Positions 1 through 9,953 of a stretch of 64,000 bases of DNA are shown here, piece after piece. The stretch's first letter is position 1; each line of letters opens with the position of its first letter. A program made the translations under genes and the position numbers. The DNA is from an uncultured Planctomycetaceae bacterium (GTDB lineage Bacteria > Planctomycetota > Planctomycetia > Pirellulales > PALSA-1355), in contig CAWAUV010000007.1 in NCBI GenBank assembly GCA_963785305.1, positions 160,001 to 224,000 of the forward strand, written 5' to 3'. Below the pieces are notes generated by a model, which saw only the letters and a program-made list of their open reading frames with translations, did not search any database and had not been told where the DNA came from.

Positions 1-248
1 TCATAGCGAAAAGGTGACATCCTTTTCGCGCTGATGTTGCTGCATCGCAGGCCGATAAAATCGGGATGCGAGTCTCGAATGAACGGAACAAAACCGCTGA
101 GCAGCACCGTCGATTCATCGTCACCAACCGGATCGCTCACGAGCACGTCGAAGACGCGCGTGGCCGTGCTGGTGTAGTTCTTTGCGTCGGGCGACTCTTG
201 ACCCATGTCGGGACCGGTGAACCGCTCGCTGACACTCGTAACGCTCAA
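1..248 (-). CDS. Phage tail protein downstream of the tape measure gene (N-terminal part, runs off window)
   Basis: Manual translation from TTG at 248 (MSVTSVSERFTGPDMGQ...) is open to the window edge; it follows the TMP once the IS1380 is removed. Confidence 0.6.
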   Translation of the reverse strand, partial: MSVTSVSERFTGPDMGQESPDAKNYTSTATRVFDVLVSDPVGDDESTVLLSGFVPFIRDSHPDFIGLRCSNISAKRMSPFRY

Positions 249-264
249 CTTGGGATTCCCCTAG

Positions 265-2179
265 ACCTTAAACAAGCGTACGCGGTTGCGTTTTGCGGCG
301 GTTTCGCGTGGCCGGCGGTGCGCGCGGCGTGAGCGGGCGGCGCCGGCGGGCGCGCTACTCTCGGCGGCGGGTTTTTGTTTGGCATTGGCGGTTGGCTTTC
401 CTGGTTCGGCGTGGCGGCGGACCGGAGCGTCCGGACTCCGGCTTCAATTGATCGGCGTCAACATCGCAGGCCGTCCAGCCAGCGAAACAACACGACTTGC
501 CAGCGATTCCAACCCAACAAACGATAGATCAATCTTCGCCCGCCACGCACGATTTGACATGGCATCCGAATGAAAGCGTTGCGGAATGTCTTGAACTCCA
601 TCTTGAGCACCGTCTTCTTTTCCTCGCGCCGGAGTTCTTGTTCGCGGCCCGGCGGCTCGGGCAAGAGCAAGGCCCACCACGCCTTCAGGTTCCAGGCCAG
701 CGAGACCATCACCATGTAGGCCCAGTTGCTCACCAAGTTGTCGACCGGCGCGTGCAAGGCGCGCACCGCGCCTTTAAGCTGCGCGTTCAGGTTCTCTTGA
801 TCGCAGCGGTCGTTCGCCTCGAACACCACTTCGGCCGGCGTGAGCTCGCGATCGTTCGTCAAGTAGAAGAAGTAGCGATAGCTGGAAAACAGCGTCCGCT
901 GACCTTGGTGCTCGTCGATCCACTTGCGCACCACCACCAGGCGGTACACCTTCTTGCACGCCGTGGGTCGATAATCGAACTCGGCGACCTCTTCGCCCAC
1001 CAGCCGCAGGTTCTTGAATTCCCGCTCGCGCACGATGCCTTGTTTAACGTTGGTCGGCCGTGCGCGGCGTTTGGTCTTCACGGCGTAACGCGGTGCGCGC
1101 TCGAGCGGTTGCCAGGCCTTGTCCTTCAAGTCGTCGGCCAAAAGCTGCAATTTCAGCTTGGCGTCCATGCCGAACACGAATCGCACGCGCGGGTCGTCCG
1201 TCCAGCGGTCCAGATGCGTCGTCTGCGAGAAGTCGGTGTCGCCGCGGAGCAACACCTTGCGAAAGCCGCCGGCGAAGCAGACTTCCAGCGCGCGATCGAC
1301 TTCGGCCGCCGCCCCTTCGTGGCTGGGCCGGTTGCCCGAGCGGTTGACGATCGAGAACACTTCGCCCGTGTTGGCCAGCGACACGACCAGCGGATGATAG
1401 CCCCACTCGCCCTTGTGGGAGATGTCCATGCCCTCCTTGCACTGGCCGCCGGTGGGCGCGAACACGCCGTCCATGTCGATGCGGGCTTGGGCGAAGAACT
1501 CGGCGGGCTGGCGGGCCCAAGCTTTATGTCGTGTTTCGTGGAAAGCTTCTTGCAGCGCGCGCACGTCGCTCGGCGTGAAACGGCGGCAGAAGTCGCCCGC
1601 CGTCGTCGGGTCGGGCACGCGCCGGGCGCCGAGCGCGTCGAGATAGACTTCGTCGTTGCGGCGCAGTTCGAGGTCTTCCAGGCAATCGCCGTCGCACAAG
1701 GCGTTGAACGCTAGGTTGAGCACATGATCGCTCTCATGATATGGCAGATGCACCTTGAGCAGATGCAATCGCCGATCGATCGCTTCGGCCAGCCCCAGTT
1801 CTTGGACCAGCAACCGCATCGCGCCGAAGCCGCCATAAGCCATGCCTTGCGCGCGCTCCGCAAGCTCATACTTGATATTGCCGGGCCGCATGATCGGGCG
1901 CTCGCAACCCTCGCAGTTGTGCTTGTCGATGCGCCGCTCGACCCGCCGCTTGCATGCGGCGAGACGTCGGCGTATCTTGGCCCGTGTTCTTCGGCCCTTG
2001 GCCTGCGCCCTCTGACGCTTGGCCCGCGCTCTTTGGTTCTTGGCTTTCACTCGAAATCCCTCGGTGGCCGTGGTGTTCGTGACTGGCAAAAAACACAGAA
2101 TACCGCAAATCCGCCGAGGGATTTCGCTTTTTTCCAAAAATCTCCCCGCCCACGCCTCAAAGGGATACTGGTTTAAGGC
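265..2179 (-). mobile_element. IS1380-family insertion sequence, copy 1
   Basis: Terminal IRs (A/G)CCTTAAAC...GTTTAAGGC, CTAG duplication at 261-264 and 2180-2183; near-identical end repeated from 63727. Confidence 0.9.
458..2050 (-). CDS. IS1380-family DDE transposase
   Basis: Motifs IDMDG, GYHPL, LLRGDTDF and RCDQEN; probable GTG start at 2050. Confidence 0.9.
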   Translation of the reverse strand: MKAKNQRARAKRQRAQAKGRRTRAKIRRRLAACKRRVERRIDKHNCEGCERPIMRPGNIKYELAERAQGMAYGGFGAMRLLVQELGLAEAIDRRLHLLKVHLPYHESDHVLNLAFNALCDGDCLEDLELRRNDEVYLDALGARRVPDPTTAGDFCRRFTPSDVRALQEAFHETRHKAWARQPAEFFAQARIDMDGVFAPTGGQCKEGMDISHKGEWGYHPLVVSLANTGEVFSIVNRSGNRPSHEGAAAEVDRALEVCFAGGFRKVLLRGDTDFSQTTHLDRWTDDPRVRFVFGMDAKLKLQLLADDLKDKAWQPLERAPRYAVKTKRRARPTNVKQGIVREREFKNLRLVGEEVAEFDYRPTACKKVYRLVVVRKWIDEHQGQRTLFSSYRYFFYLTNDRELTPAEVVFEANDRCDQENLNAQLKGAVRALHAPVDNLVSNWAYMVMVSLAWNLKAWWALLLPEPPGREQELRREEKKTVLKMEFKTFRNAFIRMPCQIVRGGRRLIYRLLGWNRWQVVLFRWLDGLRC

Positions 2180-2784
2180 CTAGAGAATCCCCTGCGGTTG
2201 TGATTGATTGACTTGCGCGATGTTGCGCTTTCGTGGGACCGGCCGTCGCCTTACCCAAACGCGGCATGCGTGATGTTCGATACCTCATCGAATTTCACGG
2301 TAACCCTACGCGACTTGCTGGAGCCCGAGGCGCTGTGTCTTTTGCAGTAGCCGCTCCAGCGTGTTTAGCGATTTCTCCTGCAATTTGGTTTGTTTCTGTC
2401 GTTCTTTGGCAGCCTCGTCAGCTTTTTTGAGGGCTTGCATCTGCGGGTCGTTGTCGCCGCGTTTCATCAAGCCAGTTCCACGGGTGAGAAACCGCGATTC
2501 GACGGCCGCGTTCTCGGTCGAATGCCAGTCCTTGCCGGTAACTGTGTGTGGATTTGGCTTTTCGTTTTCGGCGGCTTCCGCATCGCGAATTTGCTCGCGC
2601 AGGCGATCGCCAATCTTGTCGAACTGCTCGTCGTCGATGATCTTGATCGCGTGGAAGGTTTCGAGTTGCTTTAGTTCATCCTGCAACTTCTCCAGTGGAG
2701 TTTTGGTCGACTCGATCAAATGGGTGGCGCCCTTGTTGAGTTGTTTCTCGGCGTCGGCGATCATGTCGCGCAGGAACCCGAGCG

Positions 2785-4321
2785 GTAACTGTTAAGCATT
2801 TCCTCTTTCCCGAAATTGGGTTTTCGGTCACATTGATTGGATCATGGATGATCGAGATCGACGGATCGCCGAGTTGGAAGCGGAAATCGCCCGGTTGCTG
2901 GCGGAGAATATCACGCTGCGCAAGCGCGTCGAGCAACTCGAACAGCAAGTCCAAAAGTTTCTTCAGCGGCGCAAGAAAACCCGCTCGGCCGCCGATGCGC
3001 GGCGTGGCGAACAGGATCGCCGCCGCAAGCAGTTTCGCAAACATCCGGGCAGCTTTCGTCCAGAGCCGCCGCCCGGCACGGTATTCATCGAACACGATGT
3101 GCATCCGCGAGAGTGTCCGCATTGCGGCGGCCACGATCTGACCGCCACCGGCGAGTTCGAAGACCATGAGATGGCGGAGATTCCAGAGCCCAAGCTCGAA
3201 TGGCATCGGTATCGCCGTCATACCTACCGTTGCGAACATTGCCAAGCCACCTGCCAAGGACGCGGCGACTTGGAACTGCCCGGCGCCCACATCGGGCCAC
3301 GCGTGCGCTTGTTGGTCTGCTACGCGCGGGTTCACCTGGGCATCTCGCTCGGCAAAACGCAACACTTGCTGAAAGACTTCTTTGGTCTTTCGGCCAGCCG
3401 GGCCGGATTGCTCGGCCATTTGCGTTGGGGCGGCGCTTTGTTCGAGCCGGTGGTCGACAAACTCTGGGAACTCTTGCGCAATTCGCCGGTCGTGCAAGGC
3501 GATGAGACCGGCTGGCGGATCGATGGCCAGCCCGTTTGGGCCTGGTGTTTTCGAGACACGCGCTTGGCATTGTTCCTGATCGATCGCCATCGCAATCGGG
3601 CCGTGCTCGAGCGGGCGTTGGGCACATCGTTCGCGGGCACGCTGGTCAGCGATTTTTATGCGGTCTACAACCGGCTCGACTGCCGCAAACAGCGCTGCTT
3701 GGTCCATTTGCTTCGCGAGTTGCACAAGCTGCGCGAAGCGTTGCCGGCGGCGAGCGTGCGGGCCTTCATCCAGCCGTTGATCACGCTGTTTCAAGACGCG
3801 ATCCGGTTGGGCCACGAGCGCAAGTCGCTCGGCAAAAAAGCTTTCAACGCGGCCCGACGCGAGATCCAAGACCGTTTCGACACGTTGATGCTCGAGACGC
3901 GCGTGCGGCATCGCGAATGTTTGCGAATCTGGCGCCGGCTGTTCAAGCACTGCGACGAATTGTTCACCTTCCTCGACGATGCGAATGTTCCGGCCGACAA
4001 CAACGGAACCGAACGCGACATCCGAAGCCTGGCGGCGGCCAGGAATGACGGCGGCACGCACCGGGCCGAATGGAGCGCGGCGGCGTTTGCCCGGATCAAG
4101 AGCGTGATCGCGACCGGCGCGAAAAACGGTTTTAGCTTCGCAAGGTATGGCATCGAAGTCGTGCGCGCTAAATTGCAAGGCAAGACCCTGCCGCTGCCGA
4201 TCACCAATAGCAGTTAAACCATCCGCCACGCGACCCATCCCCGGAAATTCCTCGCCCGCGATCCCCGCCAATATCGCCACCGCCCCCCCGCGCCCAGGCC
4301 ACGCCACGGCTTAACAGTTAC
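2785..4321 (+). mobile_element. IS66-family element with tnpC only (ISBst12-like)
   Basis: 13-bp IRs GTAACTGTTAAGC; 8-bp TSD CCCGAGCG at 2777-2784 and 4322-4329. Confidence 0.92.
2844..4217 (+). CDS. tnpC: IS66-family transposase
   Basis: N-terminal coiled coil, CPHCG zinc finger, DETGW, LVSDFY, QRCLVHLLR and DNNGTERDIR motifs. Confidence 0.92.
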   Translation: MDDRDRRIAELEAEIARLLAENITLRKRVEQLEQQVQKFLQRRKKTRSAADARRGEQDRRRKQFRKHPGSFRPEPPPGTVFIEHDVHPRECPHCGGHDLTATGEFEDHEMAEIPEPKLEWHRYRRHTYRCEHCQATCQGRGDLELPGAHIGPRVRLLVCYARVHLGISLGKTQHLLKDFFGLSASRAGLLGHLRWGGALFEPVVDKLWELLRNSPVVQGDETGWRIDGQPVWAWCFRDTRLALFLIDRHRNRAVLERALGTSFAGTLVSDFYAVYNRLDCRKQRCLVHLLRELHKLREALPAASVRAFIQPLITLFQDAIRLGHERKSLGKKAFNAARREIQDRFDTLMLETRVRHRECLRIWRRLFKHCDELFTFLDDANVPADNNGTERDIRSLAAARNDGGTHRAEWSAAAFARIKSVIATGAKNGFSFARYGIEVVRAKLQGKTLPLPITNSS

Positions 4322-5699
4322 CCCGAGCGGACTGTGCTTTTCGGCTTCCTTCTCAACCTTTTGCCGAGCCTTGATCGCCGTCTCTTCGTCCTTCGTGGCG
4401 TCGCCGTTTGACAACCGACTGTCCTCGCGCTCTCGCCGCGACTTTTCTTCGTCCGTCTCGCCGAATATCGAGCGGCGCATCTTCTCGAAATTGGCCTTAG
4501 CTTCAGCGACTCGCTTTGCCGAGGCGACGTCCGCCTCGCGCGTTTGCTTGTCTTCGGCCGCGATGTCCGTAATTTCACGCCCTCCCGGCGTCCGCTCCTC
4601 AATGCGCCGGTTGATATCGCGCAGCCGCTTGTGCAGGTTGTCTTCGCTTTGCGTAAGCTTGCCCATTTCGGTGGCAGCGTTTAGATTCGCCAGGCTGCGC
4701 ACGATGTTCATCGGGTTGAGCATTCCGAGAGCGCCCTGCCCGGCCTGAACGCGAGTTCGGTCGTCCACCTCTTTGCTTAAAGCTCGCGACGCTGCTCTGG
4801 TCTTTTCGAGCAGTCCGAGCACCTTTGCGCGTTCTTCTACGAGCGCTTCGGCTGGCGATTGTTCCGGGCCGGACTTGCCATGCGGAATGCGACCTTCCTC
4901 ACGCGAGAGCCCCACCGCGGCACTTCCGGCTCCGCTGGCGCCATTTAGCACTGCCTTTAAGTCTTCCGCCCATGCGCGTGTCGCCGGCGCAAGCTGCTTG
5001 CCAATCGTTTCAAACAGGTCCTTCAGGCTATTGTCTAGCTTCGCGATTTCGCCGTTGAATGTGCTCCCCGCGGCTTCCGCGGCGCCGCCAAATTCTGTCT
5101 GTAGTTCTTTGAGAATGATTGTTTGCGCGCCGATCAAATCACCGCTTTCTTGCAGCACGTGAATCTGCTCGCGCTGCGCCTCCGTGAACGACACGCCGAC
5201 CCTGCGCAGGGCGGTCATGCCCGAGATGGGATCATTCAGCGCCTTGCCGATTTGGATGATCGAGCTTTGCAAGTCCTGCTTGAGGACGGTTGACAGATCG
5301 AGCGCCGCGGCCAATCCCTGCTTGAAGACTTCGTTTTTTACCTGGGTAAACGTCGCCAACACGCCCGCGGCGCCAATCACGAAGTCGTCTTCGTACTTGG
5401 TACAACGCTGATATTCCTCGCCAAGTTCACGGATTTCGTCGGCATTTAGCCCTGCCGCGTGGCCTGTCGATTTGAGAATGGCCTCTAAAACGACAAAGGT
5501 TTCTTCAGCGTTGCCGAATTCTTCGAGCGATTTCTTGACGACCTCGAAGGCGGTGAAACTGGCGACGGCGCCGCCGACAACCTCCTCCAGTCCGATCAGA
5601 CGCGTTCCGAGTTCCTTGGCTTCCCTACCGACGTGGCGAAAGACATGGCTCGCCTGATCGGTGGCCTTAATCAGAATGTTGACGGCGGACGACATAGGC

Positions 5700-6397
5700 T
5701 CACTTCAGCGGCATCAGGCGATCACGGTCAGTCCAATAGCGGGCGGCGAATTCCGTGAACCAGCGGCACTGGTCGAGGGCGCCGCCCGCGACCGGGGGCA
5801 ATCCCTTTTCATAGAGTTGGGCAAGTCGCATGGCCTCGATCAGCTCACCGTCCAGTTCCTTTTGAGGGCAGTCGATCAATGGGACGTACCCGTCGCGGCA
5901 TCCGTTGCAGCCTCGGCCTTCGCAGCACGGGCATTCGAGTTCGGCGGGCAATGATTCGCTGGGCGGGTCGACGCATCGGGCGCCAGTGCAGCCGCGGCAG
6001 AGGTTTCCGGATTGAATGAGGCAGATGAGTCGGATTTTTTTTTATCGTCCGGGCTTACCTGCCCTCCGGTGAGCATTTCATCGACCAGCTCCATCGCCTC
6101 ACGAAGCAGCAGAAGCCGGTCCAGTTCGGCCGGGTCGTATGGCAACGGCTTGCCGGTGTCGGGGTCAGTCATGTTCTCCCAGCCAACGAGGCCGACGCGG
6201 AGCATTTCGCAAATCTTGTCCACCAATTCGGTGGGATCGCTCGCTTCGTGGCGCTGTTTGCGCAGCGATTCGGCCTTTTTCCACATCCGGCCGGTGACTG
6301 GACGGAACAGGAAGGCCGGCCGGCGATCGGCGGCAATTCTGACGTCGGAGTTTAGCGACACGCGAAAGATCGCGTCGGGATCCATTGCTCTCGGCAC
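5700..6397 (-). CDS. Tail assembly chaperone pair (G / GT-like, -1 frameshift at A9 run)
   Basis: Lies between tail tube and TMP; ORF 5876-6397 has a slippery A9 at 6035-6043 whose -1 frame runs open into ORF 5700-5951. Confidence 0.75.
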
Positions 6398-6406
6398 GGC
6401 TTGCTC

Positions 6407-7333
6407 TTAGGTAAACGTGATTGAGAATTCGTCGTCGCCTGCGCTGCCCACGGCGAGAAAGTCGACATTGTCGGTTTGAACTTTGTTGCGGTCGGCCTCT
6501 TGCACCTTGACGAGCTGGCAGTAGGGCATCGCGAAGGCCATTCCATTTCCGGTAGCTCCCATCGACCAACCAAGGGCGCCTGTGGTCATCGCCAGCCAGG
6601 TCCCGTAGGTATCGAATGACGACGGCAGAACCGACTGCGGGTCCATGCTGCCGGTGATCCTGCGGCCGGCGATGATGGCGCTGGCGTAACCGCTGGGGTC
6701 ATTTGCGTCCTCGCGCAACTGAATCTCGTTGCCGAGATTGATGGATAGTTTTTGAAGCTGAGGCGTGAACGAGCCTAGAGCTAAGCCGGCTGACGCGAAG
6801 CGAATCGGCCGCGCCGTGGGATAGGTCGGCGTCACGAGCGACGCGACTACGGGTGGGACCCAGACGCCCTTGAACTCGAACTCGGCCTTGGTCGATTTGC
6901 CGGCCTCAAAGTCGATCTTCATGTTGCCCATAGCGCCGCGAAGGCTCTTGAGAATCCCATCCTCGAAGAGCCCGATCGTGACAGTCGTGACGCCGCCGAC
7001 GCCGGGAGGATTGGTCACGGGGCCGAAAACCGATGAGGTCGCGACCAAGCCGCAGGCCGGCAGAAGTGTCGAGGCCCAAAGCGGCAGGGTCGAATTCCCA
7101 ATCAGATCGGTTTTGAATGTGAGCGACCCGCCGTAGCCGCCAACGGTCGACGGGAGCGGCGAAAAGCTGCTCTGCGCCTCTCGCTCATCGAACTCGATTT
7201 CCGGCTGGCACGTGGCGTCGTAGCAGTTCATCGCCGCGCCGGCCGCCGTGAGCGTAACGGCCGTCCCTGGAGTCGATTCCACGACGGCCGACACAATGCG
7301 GCGGCGAGAGAGCATGGGGGCTGGAGCTGTCAT
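6407..7333 (-). CDS. Major tail tube protein
   Basis: 308 aa, Gly/Thr-rich, typical tube-like ends (ESTPGT ... DDEFSITF); position in the tail operon. Confidence 0.75.
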   Translation of the reverse strand: MTAPAPMLSRRRIVSAVVESTPGTAVTLTAAGAAMNCYDATCQPEIEFDEREAQSSFSPLPSTVGGYGGSLTFKTDLIGNSTLPLWASTLLPACGLVATSSVFGPVTNPPGVGGVTTVTIGLFEDGILKSLRGAMGNMKIDFEAGKSTKAEFEFKGVWVPPVVASLVTPTYPTARPIRFASAGLALGSFTPQLQKLSINLGNEIQLREDANDPSGYASAIIAGRRITGSMDPQSVLPSSFDTYGTWLAMTTGALGWSMGATGNGMAFAMPYCQLVKVQEADRNKVQTDNVDFLAVGSAGDDEFSITFT

Positions 7334-7342
7334 AATGGCCTC

Positions 7343-7840
7343 TCAGGCAACGATGTATGGGTCGATTTCGCTTATGCGGTACAAAATGTGGAACACGAGG
7401 ACGATGCCAGAAAACGCGCCGTCGGTGTCACCGAAATACAACGACTCGCCCATCCAGGCGTTCATCGCCAAGCCGCCAAACTGCTGCCAGTCCGAACCGG
7501 CGCCACCGGTCAGAGCCATCGTGCAATCCGACGCGAAGATATTGATGAGCGTGTCGATCGCGATGGTGTCCTTGTCGCTCGGAAAGCGATAAAGGGCGAT
7601 TTCAAACGGCTGATCCCAAGCGATTCCGCGTGGGTTTCCTTCAGTCGAGTTCTCTTCGTCCTGTTCGGGCGACCGCTGGGCGACCACGGCAAGCAAATCA
7701 CGCGCACGGTAGCCGCCAAGCCGCGTCGGGCGCTGCACTTCCGCGATGTCCTGCTGGTATCCATTGGCGATCGTCACCGTTTCCAGCCGATCGACCACGG
7801 TTAGCGCAATCTGCTCCAGGATGGGAACCGGCGCGCTCAT
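7343..7840 (-). CDS. Tail terminator/completion protein
   Basis: ITIANGY motif; position between the gpZ-like and tail tube genes. Confidence 0.6.
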   Translation of the reverse strand: MSAPVPILEQIALTVVDRLETVTIANGYQQDIAEVQRPTRLGGYRARDLLAVVAQRSPEQDEENSTEGNPRGIAWDQPFEIALYRFPSDKDTIAIDTLINIFASDCTMALTGGAGSDWQQFGGLAMNAWMGESLYFGDTDGAFSGIVLVFHILYRISEIDPYIVA

Positions 7841-8403
7841 ATCTTGCCCTGCGACTTAAGCAGCACTGCCCGGCAGCGGCGCTCCAGGTTGTGCTCCAAA
7901 ACGCGCTCGGCGTCCGCCACCGTTGGCGCCTCAAGGTTGTTTTTCACGAACGCGCCCCACGCGCTGATGGCCATGACCTTCACAATCGGCAAACGGTCTT
8001 TGCCCGCTCGCACGTAGACATGGTTTCCCAGACGGTCGATATTCGGTCCAAACGCGCTCGGAAGCAGAGACCGAGACGCCCCCTTCGCAATCTTGTAAGT
8101 GACGCCCCTTTTGGTTTGCTTGGCCCCGAAATACTTCAGCGGCAGCCGACTTGTTTTGGCGAGTGTGATTGAGGCTTGTGGGTTTCCCGGAGTCGCCCGC
8201 GTTCTCGTTAGCCTCGGGTCGATGTCCTTCTTCTTGATGTTGACCTGCGCGCGGATTTCGCGCGACATATTGGTCTTTTCTTTCGCGACGGTGTCGTTCA
8301 CGGCCCCGGATAACGCGCGCGGGAGCCCGTTGGCTATTCCCTGCAAGCGGGCTTCGACAGCCGCCAACTGCCCGCGGTCGACTTGAACTACGTTGTCTGC
8401 CAC
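7837..8403 (-). CDS. Minor tail protein, lambda gpZ-like
   Basis: Basic 188 aa protein with the RLPI motif; position in the neck module. Confidence 0.7.
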   Translation of the reverse strand: MADNVVQVDRGQLAAVEARLQGIANGLPRALSGAVNDTVAKEKTNMSREIRAQVNIKKKDIDPRLTRTRATPGNPQASITLAKTSRLPLKYFGAKQTKRGVTYKIAKGASRSLLPSAFGPNIDRLGNHVYVRAGKDRLPIVKVMAISAWGAFVKNNLEAPTVADAERVLEHNLERRCRAVLLKSQGKI

Positions 8404-8405
8404 GA

Positions 8406-8766
8406 CTAATGCACCTCAAAGCGAGTGATCCCGGCGACGTCCTTTAAGAGCTTGGAAATGTTCCTCTTCACGGGTCCGAACGTCGCATCCGTAGCCCCCT
8501 TGCGCAGAAACCTCTACCATGTCGCCGCCGGTGTCGATTTCTCTGCTCGATATTCCGGATTGAGAGTTGTTGGGAACTTGGATAACGATCATCGGAACCC
8601 TTGTGTCAGACGTTTTCTCGATGTCCTCGATCGGGCTGCGGTCGACATAGATCGCCAAGACCTTGCGAGGCTTCCCTTGTCGCGGGTAATAGGTGACCCA
8701 CTCCCCAAACTCGCCCTGGAGAGTCGGAACTCCCATCGTCGAGAACAGTTCATCGAACTGAGTCAT
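8406..8766 (-). CDS. Head-tail joining protein (apparent 1-nt frameshift near 8505)
   Basis: Follows the capsid gene; alternative frame gives a plausible C-terminus ending 2 nt before the gpZ start. Confidence 0.55.
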
Positions 8767-8780
8767 TGAGCCTTTGCTCC

Positions 8781-8845
8781 AAGAAGCTCCGCCGGTGGCC
8801 GGTGGAGAGCAAACACCAGCGCCACCGGCGGGAGGCTCCTTTGAA
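8781..8845 (-). terminator. GC-rich stem-loop after the major capsid gene
   Basis: CCGCCGGTGG / CCACCGGCGG arms followed by a weak U-tract on the minus strand. Confidence 0.45.
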
Positions 8846-9829
8846 TCAAGCGATGACACCCGTGCCGACGAGACCGGCCTGGTAGTACATAACCACGATT
8901 TGACGATCGTTGCGGGCTCGGATCACCGAACCGCGCAGCTTCTCTTCGCGGTACTCTTCCGTGATGATCGCGAGCTGCTCGTCGGTGCCTGGTGCGCCAG
9001 GACCGTCGCCGGACCAGATGAAGGTCCGTCCGACACACGGCTCTTGTGGGTCGTCGGTGGTGGCCACGCGGCCGAGGAACACATTGCTGTTCGACCAGAT
9101 GCGCGAGATCGAACGAGCGGTCGGCGCGTTGGAAGTGTTCTGCAAGCCACCGGCCACGATCAACTGATCCAGGCCCAAAGCCTGAGCAATCAGACCAGCC
9201 ATGACCTGCTGCGTGGCCGTCTGCGTGTATTTCACACGGTCGACCACCTGCTGGGTGTTGATGAGGTTCCAAAACTGGTAACTGTTCAGCACCAACGCAT
9301 TTGGCACGAGGCCGCTGCTGGTGATGATCGTCTCGCGCCAACTGATGATGTCGTCAATTGGCACGGCGTTGACGGGGTCATTCCACTTGGCGGTGACCGC
9401 GACGGAAGTGAACCCGCCGGAAGCCGTGTTGTAGATCGCCGACGCGCAGTTCTGCTCGTACTCTTGCAACACGAAGTTGGCGGCGCGATTCGCATGAACC
9501 GTCTCGGCGTCGAGGATGTCGGCGTACATCGCGAGCTGGCGATCATCCAGCGGAGCTTCTGCGCCGTACTCCTCGGTTGCGTAACTGAAGGAATCGAACT
9601 GGAAGTCGGAACGCTTGTAACCGGTTCCGGGAGATCGCTTGGTCGCCATCGGCGAGAGCAAGTTTTCGAGCTTGATCTTGCCGACGTTCGCCGCCTGGAT
9701 GGCCACAGGCCGGGGCACAAGAACCTTGTGGCCCACGAAACTCTGCATATTCATCGCCAGGTCGAACTCCATGAACGGCATGGAGAGTTCCCAGCGGATT
9801 ACACTTGTCGAGGAGGAAGGACCTGCCAT
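8846..9829 (-). CDS. Major capsid protein (lambda gpE-like)
   Basis: 327 aa from ATG 9829; KWND...PIDDI...PNALVL motif; follows protease and decoration genes. Confidence 0.85.
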   Translation of the reverse strand: MAGPSSSTSVIRWELSMPFMEFDLAMNMQSFVGHKVLVPRPVAIQAANVGKIKLENLLSPMATKRSPGTGYKRSDFQFDSFSYATEEYGAEAPLDDRQLAMYADILDAETVHANRAANFVLQEYEQNCASAIYNTASGGFTSVAVTAKWNDPVNAVPIDDIISWRETIITSSGLVPNALVLNSYQFWNLINTQQVVDRVKYTQTATQQVMAGLIAQALGLDQLIVAGGLQNTSNAPTARSISRIWSNSNVFLGRVATTDDPQEPCVGRTFIWSGDGPGAPGTDEQLAIITEEYREEKLRGSVIRARNDRQIVVMYYQAGLVGTGVIA

Positions 9830-9953
9830 GTGGGATTCCCTTTTAAGAATCCCCTGCGGTTGTCGAGTTCCTGTTAAGACGCCATGCGGTGTTAAAATTC
9901 GGGGGTCCGGCCGTCGCCTCGCCCCCGCACCGCAGGGTGTCACGTGAAGTTTG

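Larger units (their letters stand above)
2306..5695 (-). pseudogene. Tape measure protein split by IS66 (about 614 aa when rejoined)
   Basis: TMP-like N-terminus (IKATDQAS, IGKALNDPI, FGGAAEAA); joining 5695-4322 to 2776-2306 restores the frame (...HSPLG|FLRDMIADAEK...). Confidence 0.88.

Noticed and set aside
265..538. Match between the window start and end as prophage att sites or a circular overlap
   Set aside because: Explained by two IS1380 copies with different flanks and a few substitutions.
497..4307. Long antisense ORFs (497-1714, 2676-4307; similarly 28395-30590 and 46364-48391)
   Set aside because: They shadow well-supported genes on the opposite strand, as expected in high-GC DNA.
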